From: an uncultured Candidatus Saccharibacteria bacterium | Lineage (GTDB): Bacteria; Patescibacteriota; Minisyncoccia; Phycocordibacterales; UBA1006 | Assembly (NCBI GenBank): GCA_964464735.1 | Contig: CAYXKF010000003.1 | Location: forward strand, 3,808-67,807 | Direction: 5' to 3' | Length of the DNA stretch: 64,000 bases | Part shown: positions 37,600 to 45,424 of the stretch, piece by piece | How positions within the stretch are numbered: the first letter of the stretch is position 1 | How the letters are laid out: each line of letters opens with the position of its first letter | The notes under the pieces: generated by a model | What the model was told of the DNA's origin: nothing | The model's database searches: none | The model's input: only the letters and a program-made list of their open reading frames with translations | Made by a program: the position numbers and the translations under genes

Positions 37600-38442
37600 T
37601 TAATCGATTTTTAAATGCTTTGGAATATAAAAATCTTTAGCTAACTTTTTGCGAAGCAGTGCGGCTTTTTTCTTTTTGCGCGAAATTTTTATGCGCACAG
37701 GGTAGGGCCTGTCGAAGTACGATTCAAATTCGGTAGTATTTTTTTCGTCTAATTTTTGATATTTTTGAAAAAATTTATCAATAAGATTTGCCAAGCGTTG
37801 GTCAACATGCACTTCGATGACAAAATCTTGAAATACATTAAGGAAATAGTTGTTCGGAAAAGTGCTTTTAATGTCGTTATTAAGCGCAACACATTTATTG
37901 CCCCATGTTCTTTTCCACTGCTGGTCAAGTCTGGTATTGCCGCCACTAATAAAATAACAATACTTGTTTTCTCTCTCGAACTCGGCAAAAATAGATACTT
38001 CGATGTCACGGCGCCATATCGAGAAAATAGGGTGCGGATGCCATGCAAAAATAGGGTATTGGGCAGGAATCCAATCAGTCAGAAGTTTAAATAAATGCGC
38101 CCAGTATGTATCACATACCGCAAGGTTTGGATATTTATACGAAAATGATTTTCCCTCTTTAAGCGCAAACACTGACTCTCCTATAAGTTCGCGCTTTTTT
38201 TGGATATCAAAAAGTTCGTATACTCGCTGTATCCAAACGCGGCTTACATAGTACTTGCCGCCAGCTTTCGCAATTGCTTCGCTTTGAGCAAGCAATCGAA
38301 GTGCTGCATATACTGCCTGCTTGGTAGTATGCGATCGTTTTGACTGAACAAGGTCAACCAAATTGGGCCCTGTAATATAAGGATTTTTTGCCAAAAACTC
38401 AACTACTAAATCTTCGATACTTTTGTTTTTAGTTAGAATCAC
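37600..38442 (-). CDS. hypothetical protein (280 aa) with N-terminal winged-helix-like segment
   Basis: Clean ORF. The N-terminus VVEFLAKNPYITGPNLVDLV...TKQAVYAALRLL looks like a wHTH. The rest is unrecognised. Confidence 0.5.
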   Translation of the reverse strand: MILTKNKSIEDLVVEFLAKNPYITGPNLVDLVQSKRSHTTKQAVYAALRLLAQSEAIAKAGGKYYVSRVWIQRVYELFDIQKKRELIGESVFALKEGKSFSYKYPNLAVCDTYWAHLFKLLTDWIPAQYPIFAWHPHPIFSIWRRDIEVSIFAEFERENKYCYFISGGNTRLDQQWKRTWGNKCVALNNDIKSTFPNNYFLNVFQDFVIEVHVDQRLANLIDKFFQKYQKLDEKNTTEFESYFDRPYPVRIKISRKKKKAALLRKKLAKDFYIPKHLKID

Positions 38443-38460
38443 AATACTATATTAGTAAAA

Positions 38461-40239
38461 ATGGATTTTACTAGCAAGATGAAATACGCAGCAATAGTGG
38501 AATACCAAATTGCTACAACATATAATAAGTGGCATATGCAAAACATAATCTCCTCGTGCCAAAGTTGTAAAAAAGATTTTACCATTGATACTCGTGACCA
38601 AGCTTTTTACGAAAAAATACACGTGCCGCCCCCAACGTGGTGTCCGCCGTGCCGGTTTATTCGTCGAATGACTACTCACAACGTATGGACAGTGTATTTT
38701 CGTGAATGCGATAAATGCAAAAAGCGTATGCTTTCGATGTATCACAAAGACAAGCCTATTCAAGTATATTGCAACGAGTGCTGGTGGGCTGACGATTGGG
38801 ATGGAACCGAATACGCAATGGATTACGACCCAAGCCGAAACTTTTTTGAACAGCTGCATGAACTTTCACGAAAAACACCATGGGTTGCACAAGAAGTAAT
38901 TGCCCCAACCATGGTGAATTCTGAATACTGCAACGGGGCATCATACCTACGTAACTGCTACCTAACATTCTGGGCTGACTACTGCGAAAACATAAACAAT
39001 TCGTCAATTATCTTAGAGCTTAAAGACTCGTCTGACTGCGTACGTGCACGCGAAAGCCAGCTGTCATACCAATCAATTGGTATCACTAAATGCTATCGGA
39101 CATTTTTTTCAGAAGAATGCGAGGCATGCAGTGATGTGTGGTTTTCACGCAACTGCTATAACTGCACTGACTGCATTGGATGCGTAAATTTGCGCGGCCA
39201 ATCATATTGCATTTTTAATCAAAAATATTCAAAAGAGGAATACGCTAAAAAAGTTGCCGAACTAGGTCTGGATTCGCGCGATGCGCTTAAAGATATTCAA
39301 AAGCAGGCGCAGGCATTTTGGCTTACAAAACCGTACCGCGCTTATACCGGTAATTCACTGAACCTTAATGTTACCGGTGAATATGTTTTTGAATCAAAGA
39401 ATTCCGAAGACCTGTATCTATGCACCAGCACCGAAGAATCCCGTTACTGCCAATTTGTTACCGTTCCGTCTGCAAAAGAATGCTACGACTATTCGGGATG
39501 GGGAGCGAATGCACAATTAGTTTGCGATGCGCATTCAAGCGGTGAAAATGTAAGTAACATCAAATTTTCGTACTGTGCGTACACCGAAAGTTCCGATATC
39601 GAATATAGTATCTGGACCATTGCGGGTAAAAATAATTTTGGATGTGTGAACTTAAAACGCAAAAAATATTGTATTTTAAACAAAGAATACTCAAAAGAAG
39701 AATACGAACGATTGCGCACGCAAATTATCGAAGACATGAAGAAAAATCCATACGTGGATGCACTAGGTCGCGCGTATTTGTATGGCGAATTTTTACCGCC
39801 AATATTCAGCCTGTTTGGATACAACGAATGCAGCGCAATGAAGTTTATTCCTAAAACCAAAGACGAGGCCATTGCCGAAGGTTTTACGTGGTTTGATGTT
39901 GCAAAAAATGAACACGCATCAGATATAGACGGCGCTGACTTGCCGCAAAATATTAGCGGGGTGGATGACACTGTTTTGCAAAAAATCGTAAGCTGCAGCA
40001 CGTGCAAGCGAGGATATAAAGTAAGTGCAATTGAACTTACTTTGTTAAAAAAGATGGGTATTCCACTTTCTGACGATTGTCCGTCGTGTCGCATAACTGC
40101 GTTATTTAGACGATTGAATCCCATTGCTTTGTATAAACGTACCTGCGCCCAGTGCCAAGCAGCAATCACCACTGCATTTGCGCCTAACCGCCCCGAAACA
40201 GTATATTGCGCCGATTGCTACCAAAAAGAGATCTCATAG
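38461..40239 (+). CDS. Cys-rich repeat protein (592 aa) flanked by near-identical N- and C-terminal zinc-ribbon motifs
   Basis: N-terminus SSCQSCKKDFTIDTRDQAFYEKIHVPPPTWCPPCR and C-terminus SCSTCKRGYKVSAIELTLLKKMGIPLSDDCPSCR share the C..C-x(n)-CP.CR pattern. The middle holds about 25 Cys in N/S-rich repeats with an internal duplication (GCVNLRGQSYCIFNQKYSKEEYAKK / GCVNLKRKKYCILNKEYSKEEYERL). Confidence 0.7.
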   Translation: MDFTSKMKYAAIVEYQIATTYNKWHMQNIISSCQSCKKDFTIDTRDQAFYEKIHVPPPTWCPPCRFIRRMTTHNVWTVYFRECDKCKKRMLSMYHKDKPIQVYCNECWWADDWDGTEYAMDYDPSRNFFEQLHELSRKTPWVAQEVIAPTMVNSEYCNGASYLRNCYLTFWADYCENINNSSIILELKDSSDCVRARESQLSYQSIGITKCYRTFFSEECEACSDVWFSRNCYNCTDCIGCVNLRGQSYCIFNQKYSKEEYAKKVAELGLDSRDALKDIQKQAQAFWLTKPYRAYTGNSLNLNVTGEYVFESKNSEDLYLCTSTEESRYCQFVTVPSAKECYDYSGWGANAQLVCDAHSSGENVSNIKFSYCAYTESSDIEYSIWTIAGKNNFGCVNLKRKKYCILNKEYSKEEYERLRTQIIEDMKKNPYVDALGRAYLYGEFLPPIFSLFGYNECSAMKFIPKTKDEAIAEGFTWFDVAKNEHASDIDGADLPQNISGVDDTVLQKIVSCSTCKRGYKVSAIELTLLKKMGIPLSDDCPSCRITALFRRLNPIALYKRTCAQCQAAITTAFAPNRPETVYCADCYQKEIS

Positions 40240-40253
40240 TTTACAATACGACC

Positions 40254-40718
40254 ATGGCTCATATTAACGAACGCATCGACCATTGTGTTGAAGTATTCAT
40301 AGTCCATGATGAAAAAGTATTATTGCGCTGGCATGACAAATACAGCATCTGGCTTTCAATCGGCGGACATATCGACCCTGGGGAAGATCTTATTGAAGCA
40401 GCACACCGCGAAGTAAAAGAAGAAGTTGGGTTACCAATTGAAATTATCGAAGCTTCAGCGCAGCAATTTAGTGACGGAGGGGAACTTCTACCGCAACCAC
40501 GCTACGTATACTCACATATGGTAAACGAAACACACCGCCATGTGGCCTTTGTATATTTTGCACGTACCAACGACGCAACAATTAAAAGTGCGGAATTCGA
40601 ACACGAACAAAATACGGAATGCCGCTGGTGCTCGCGCGAAGACATCGAAGCAATGAAAGGGGAATTAAAAGAAAATGTCTATTACTTTGCAACAGAAGCT
40701 TTAAAAGCACTGGGTTAA
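40254..40718 (+). CDS. NUDIX hydrolase
   Basis: Nudix box GGHIDPGEDLIEAAHREVKEEVGL. The start was set to the ATG at 40254, 6 nt after a -10 TACAAT. The track ORF 40206 start would overlap the upstream stop. Confidence 0.85.
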   Translation: MAHINERIDHCVEVFIVHDEKVLLRWHDKYSIWLSIGGHIDPGEDLIEAAHREVKEEVGLPIEIIEASAQQFSDGGELLPQPRYVYSHMVNETHRHVAFVYFARTNDATIKSAEFEHEQNTECRWCSREDIEAMKGELKENVYYFATEALKALG

Positions 40719-40779
40719 TACACAATATATTTATGAGGTTGTGATATACTAGCCATATTATCGACTAATTGTTTTTTAT

Positions 40780-41610
40780 ATGTCTAAAGCCCTTACTGCC
40801 ATTAAAACTCTTTTTGTTATTGCACTGACTGTGTGCCTTATACTGCTTGCCATTTTAGTTATCCAACTGATTCCACAAACTCGTATTACATCGCTAGTAA
40901 AGATTCCACAAAAACAACAATCACAAAAACCTACCTACGAAATGCCAACGGTTACATACCAAACCGACGCAGCAAAAGATACAACTTATCAAATTAGCTT
41001 GGTACGTCCAAGTGGCTTTCCACCAGCAATCCAACAAAAAGTCGATGCTTTTTATAACACCGCAAAAACATCATTACTAACCGCAGCGGCAATTCCACAA
41101 GATCCAGCACTGCGCGAACCATTTGTGTATACGATGACCAGTGAAAAGCCGCTTGTTACCAATGCTGGGCCATACGTATTTATCATCGCACAAATTGCCG
41201 AATACACCGGCGGGGCACACGGCAACGTTGCGTATTTTCAAGTTGCATACGACGTACGTACACGGCAAGAAGTTACCTTGCCGCAATTTTTTAAAGACCC
41301 GACCACGGCATACCAGGTTATCGCAAACATCGTAGCGCCGGTTGCCGTCGACCAAGTGATTAAGAAAAGCACCGAAGGACAAAACCCTGCCGACATAACC
41401 GAGGAACAAAAGACATCAATCAGCGCAATGGCATATCAAGGCTTGGCGCCACTATCTGAAAATTTCCAATACTGGTATTTTACCAAAGACGGAAAATTAG
41501 TATTTGTCTTTCCGCCGTACCAAATTGGCCCATGGGCATTAGGCGTACAAACAGTCGCAGTACCGCTTGCAAGCATGCAAGAAAGTTTAAACTTGCAGAT
41601 GTTTAAGTAG
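40780..41610 (+). CDS. membrane-anchored DUF3298/DUF4163 (RsiV-like) domain protein
   Basis: N-terminal TM helix. A central EYTGGAHG motif characteristic of DUF3298. A terminator follows. Confidence 0.65.
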   Translation: MSKALTAIKTLFVIALTVCLILLAILVIQLIPQTRITSLVKIPQKQQSQKPTYEMPTVTYQTDAAKDTTYQISLVRPSGFPPAIQQKVDAFYNTAKTSLLTAAAIPQDPALREPFVYTMTSEKPLVTNAGPYVFIIAQIAEYTGGAHGNVAYFQVAYDVRTRQEVTLPQFFKDPTTAYQVIANIVAPVAVDQVIKKSTEGQNPADITEEQKTSISAMAYQGLAPLSENFQYWYFTKDGKLVFVFPPYQIGPWALGVQTVAVPLASMQESLNLQMFK

Positions 41611-41660
41611 TTTATAGAAATTTTATCTTAGTTTGATAAGGTAGCGTAAATGCACTTACG

Positions 41661-41693
41661 AAAAAGCCTCCGCTTTGCGGGGGCTTTTTTGTT
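41661..41693. terminator. bidirectional terminator between the DUF3298 gene and the HTH-like gene
   Basis: GCCTCCGC-tttg-CGGGGGC followed by TTTTTTG. The reverse strand also gives a T-run. Confidence 0.65.
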
Positions 41694-41710
41694 TACCGGG
41701 GTTTCAATAT

Positions 41711-42016
41711 TTACTTTACATGAACCCCTGTTGTTTGTGCCTGATATTCTTGCTGCAAGTCAGCGTAAGTTTTTTTAAGGAACTGAAGGACTTTTTGTAA
41801 AGCTAAATCAGTTTCAAATAATTCTTTAGCATTTTCAAGACGATACAATTCGTCATCGCTAATGCCGGCCATACGCGCAAACTGCTTGCTTTCTTTGTTA
41901 GCTGGATGTGTCTGCCTCCAGCAGGTAATCACATTCCCTAAGCGGATAAAATTCTCTTCCATAATGATAGATGGTTTGGTTTCATAAAACTTTACCCGAT
42001 ATACAGTATATGTCAA
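41711..42016 (-). CDS. small XRE-like HTH protein, hypothetical
   Basis: SKQFARMAGISDDELYRLENAKE resembles a helix-turn-helix. The likely start is the internal MEENF (41962). Confidence 0.4.
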   Translation of the reverse strand: MTYTVYRVKFYETKPSIIMEENFIRLGNVITCWRQTHPANKESKQFARMAGISDDELYRLENAKELFETDLALQKVLQFLKKTYADLQQEYQAQTTGVHVK

Positions 42017-42074
42017 CTTTGCCTTGGCAATACAAAATGCTTATAAAGCAATGCTTTTTTAAGAATAAGGTATA

Positions 42075-42103
42075 TTGACAAATGGTATATAAAATGCTAT
42101 AAT
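42075..42103 (+). promoter_or_regulatory. perfect consensus sigma70 promoter TTGACA-17-TATAAT
   Basis: TTGACAaatggtatataaaatgcTATAAT upstream of the lipoprotein gene. Followed by a 16-bp hairpin leader (42130-42178). Confidence 0.65.
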
Positions 42104-42247
42104 GTATGCAGAAATACGTTGACATAGCAGACTCCGGCAAAGAGGCTTTTACGCGCTAAAACCTTCTTTGCCGGAGTCAAAACATCGCCATATTGGCGAA
42201 ATCCGGCAATTTGTAAACCCTTTCATAACAAAAAAAACAGGAACAAA

Positions 42248-43027
42248 ATGAAAAAAGGAAACCTTTTCACTCTGATGCTGACCATATTGGTAGCCACATT
42301 TTTAACAACAAGCTGCGGCAACAACTGCGATGAGCTGAACAGCCAGATCGCTCAACTGCAACAAGACACAACGAATTTGCGTGCAGCACTTAACGAAGCT
42401 CCTACAAAGGCCATTGAGGCCTATAAAGAAGAGCAACAAAGGCTTGCCGACTCAGCCGCGGCATCAGCTGAAGCACTTGGATTAAATTTAATTAAGTTGG
42501 AAAGTATCACAAAAAAAATTGACCCCTACGCCATATCAGCATTACGCGCTGAGGATCAGTTTCAATACCTGGGAAGTAGCGTTGCAAATTTTTTAGGAAG
42601 CTCAGAAGCTGATCTGAAAGTGCTCCTAAGTAATCCGGCAATTATCAGCGCTGTATTTAATGCAAACAAGGATGTATTACCACAGGTGCTAGATAAAACG
42701 GGATTAAGACCCGCGGCCCAAAGATGGACGGCAATTTTGCTACCGTACCTTAACGGTACCAGCAAAAACATTCAAATATTCAACGCATTCTATGCGAAGT
42801 ATGGAAATTACAAGGAAGATTTAGGAGACTACTCTTACTCTACAATTCCGCGCAATACAGAAGAATGGGCCAAAATGGAAGCCTCTACAGGGCTGGATCG
42901 CGCCAGATTAAATAATGAATACTGGGCGTATCTATGCGCAAAAAGACTTACCGATCCAAAATGGGGTGGATCTGCTGCCCTAAACGCAGAAATAGTAAAA
43001 ATACTAACCGTTGTTAAGGCCTCCTAG
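42248..43027 (+). CDS. lipoprotein, hypothetical (259 aa)
   Basis: The signal peptide has a lipobox (LTTSC). Preceded by a perfect TTGACA-17-TATAAT promoter, a structured leader of about 140 nt, and an AGGA Shine-Dalgarno. Confidence 0.7.
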   Translation: MKKGNLFTLMLTILVATFLTTSCGNNCDELNSQIAQLQQDTTNLRAALNEAPTKAIEAYKEEQQRLADSAAASAEALGLNLIKLESITKKIDPYAISALRAEDQFQYLGSSVANFLGSSEADLKVLLSNPAIISAVFNANKDVLPQVLDKTGLRPAAQRWTAILLPYLNGTSKNIQIFNAFYAKYGNYKEDLGDYSYSTIPRNTEEWAKMEASTGLDRARLNNEYWAYLCAKRLTDPKWGGSAALNAEIVKILTVVKAS

Positions 43028-43185
43028 ATGAGGCAAAAGTTAATCAAAAAGGGCTCCTGTAAAAGGGGCCCTTTTAATTATAGAAAAGCTTTACATTTCA
43101 AGAATATCTGATACTATGCGTCCATTGCCTTTGGGCCTTTTTTTATGCCTAAAAGCCTTATTATTTAAGCCCGATTAATAAACTC

Positions 43186-44982
43186 ATGGAAATTCGAAAC
43201 ATCGCGATTATCGCCCACGTAGACCACGGAAAGACAACTTTGACAGACCAGATGATGAAACAAACTGGCGGCCTTGCCGATGGTGTTTCGATGGACAGCA
43301 ACCAAATCGAACGTGAACGCGGTATTACGATTTACGCAAAAAATACATCGGTTACCTATAAGGGAACCAAGATCAACATCGTCGACACGCCGGGCCACGC
43401 CGACTTTGGGTCAGAGGTAGAACGCGTACTACGATCGATTGACTGCGTACTTTTGATTGTCGACGCGCAAGAAGGCCCGATGCCTCAGACCCGATTCGTA
43501 CTTCGAAAATCTTTAGAGTTGGGACTTAAACCAATTGTAGTTTTAAACAAGATCGATAAGCCCGGAGCTGACTGCCAAAAAGCACACGACGCGGTATTTG
43601 AACTGTTTATGGAACTGGGCGCAACCGAAGAGCAGTTGGATTTTACGACCGTCTACGCAATCGGCCGCGATGGCGTTGCAATGCGAACCCTTGATGACGA
43701 ACGTAAAGATTTGCTTCCGCTATTTGAAACCATTTTGGAAAAAGTTCCCGTTGCAGCAAACGACACCACGAAGCCACTACGCATGCAGGCATTTAACTTA
43801 GCGTACGATAACTTTTTAGGACGCTTGGCCGTTGGTCGCGTGTACGAAGGTACTATTAAATTAGGCGATACTGTATATGTAAAAAAGCATGACGGCCCAA
43901 CGCGAACAGCAAAAATTACTAAACTGTTTACTTTTGAAGGCGTAAACCGCAAAGAAACCAACGAAGCAATCGCGGGCGATATTGCCATGGTTGCGGGTAT
44001 TGCCGATATTTACATTGGCGAAACTATCACCAAAGATGCCGAAGCAGAATTGCTGCCAGCCATTACCATTGATGAGCCAACAATTGTCTTGGACTTTTTA
44101 GTAAACAATAGCCCCTTTGCCGGACGCGAAGGAAAGTTTGTAACATCGCGCCAAATTCGCGAACGCCTTGAACGCGAACTTGAAGTTAACGTCGGCTTAA
44201 AAGTCGATTTTACCCCTGATCCAAACCGCACCATTGAAGGCTTTAAAGTATACGGCCGTGGCGAAATGCACATTGCCGTACTGCTTGAGACTATGCGCCG
44301 CGAAGGATTTGAAATCCAAGTTTCACAACCACAAGTAATCTTTAAAGAAATTGACGGCATCATGTGCGAACCGTTTGAAGAAGCGACCGTTGACGTACAT
44401 GTAGACATTCAGGGAACCGTCATCGAAAAACTGGGTATGCGTGGATTTATTATGAAAGTGCACGACAGCCCAGTGCGCATCATTTTTGAAGGTCCGACCC
44501 GGGGATTGTTTGGTTATCGTGGCGTCTTTACCATCGACACCAAGGGTGAGGGAATTTTGGCGTCACGCTTTGTCGGATTCAAGCCACATGCGGGCGAGAT
44601 CCAAAAGCGAAACGTCGGCTCGATGACCTCAATGGAAACTGGAAAAGCGCTTGCGTTTGCATTGGGCAACTTGCAAGACCGCGGCGTGCTATACATTACG
44701 CCGACAACCGAAGTCTACGAAGGCATGGTGGTTGGTAACACGTCAAAGGGCGACGAAATGCAGGTAAACCCAATTAAGGGCAAGCAGCTAACCAACATGC
44801 GCGCATCAGGAAGTGACGAAATGATCATGCTGGTACCGGCTTGGGAACTAACCATCGAACGCGGACTTGAGGTAATGACCGACGACGAATATCTTGAAGT
44901 AACGCCAAAATCTGTCCGACTTCGAAAGCAATTTTTGACCGAAAGCGAACGCGCGAAAGCGAAACGACAGAAAGTTGCGTAA
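43186..44982 (+). CDS. typA: ribosome-associated translational GTPase TypA/BipA
   Basis: G1 [11 protein letters not shown]3 DTPGHADF, G4 NKID, plus EF-G-like domains over 598 aa. Confidence 0.95.
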   Translation: MEIRNIAIIAHVDHGKTTLTDQMMKQTGGLADGVSMDSNQIERERGITIYAKNTSVTYKGTKINIVDTPGHADFGSEVERVLRSIDCVLLIVDAQEGPMPQTRFVLRKSLELGLKPIVVLNKIDKPGADCQKAHDAVFELFMELGATEEQLDFTTVYAIGRDGVAMRTLDDERKDLLPLFETILEKVPVAANDTTKPLRMQAFNLAYDNFLGRLAVGRVYEGTIKLGDTVYVKKHDGPTRTAKITKLFTFEGVNRKETNEAIAGDIAMVAGIADIYIGETITKDAEAELLPAITIDEPTIVLDFLVNNSPFAGREGKFVTSRQIRERLERELEVNVGLKVDFTPDPNRTIEGFKVYGRGEMHIAVLLETMRREGFEIQVSQPQVIFKEIDGIMCEPFEEATVDVHVDIQGTVIEKLGMRGFIMKVHDSPVRIIFEGPTRGLFGYRGVFTIDTKGEGILASRFVGFKPHAGEIQKRNVGSMTSMETGKALAFALGNLQDRGVLYITPTTEVYEGMVVGNTSKGDEMQVNPIKGKQLTNMRASGSDEMIMLVPAWELTIERGLEVMTDDEYLEVTPKSVRLRKQFLTESERAKAKRQKVA

Positions 44983-44996
44983 CGGTCTTTCAAAAA

Positions 44997-45061
44997 GCCA
45001 CCTAGGGGTGGTTTTTTGGTGCATAAAAAAGCCGCCCGAATTTTGGGCGGCTTTCTTTATT
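44997..45061. terminator. two tandem terminator hairpins after typA
   Basis: GCCACC-tagg-GGTGG followed by TTTTTT, and GCCGCCC-gaatttt-GGGCGGC followed by TTTCTTTATT. The second is bidirectional. Confidence 0.7.
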
Positions 45062-45077
45062 AAGTGGGGACTTAGTG

Positions 45078-45332
45078 TTATCGAGGGCTCAGCTCAAGCA
45101 TGGCACAAAGCCAATTGACCTTCTTTTCAAGCTGGTTCTGGTTCTTTTTAAGCATAGCGTTTTCTTTTTCAAGATCGCCTTGCTTTTTTTCAAGAGTCTG
45201 AATTGCTTTCGAACGGGCCGGTTGGTTGCCGCCTTTGCCTTTTCCGCGTATTACTTCTTTGTTTTGGTTCATCGCGGGAGAACTTTTTTCTTCCTTTCTC
45301 ATAATCACACATTTTTTAAAATTACATAACAA
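45078..45332 (-). CDS. small coiled-coil hypothetical protein
   Basis: Lys/Gln-rich ORF (LEKKQGDLEKENAMLKKNQNQLEKKVNWL). The opposite-strand ORF 45075..45329 is an equally long alternative. A terminator lies at its 3' side. Confidence 0.3.
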   Translation of the reverse strand: MLCNFKKCVIMRKEEKSSPAMNQNKEVIRGKGKGGNQPARSKAIQTLEKKQGDLEKENAMLKKNQNQLEKKVNWLCAMLELSPR

Positions 45333-45390
45333 ATGAGTCCTTACACAAAATCTACTGAATACACATGAAATGTCAATGAATTTTTATGTT

Positions 45391-45418
45391 TTGAAACCGG
45401 TTTTTAAAAGAGTACAAT
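45391..45418 (+). promoter_or_regulatory. promoter TTGAAA-16-TACAAT, leaderless for helicase-nuclease gene
   Basis: The -10 ends at 45418 and the ATG is at 45425. Confidence 0.55.
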
Positions 45419-45424
45419 AGCGCC

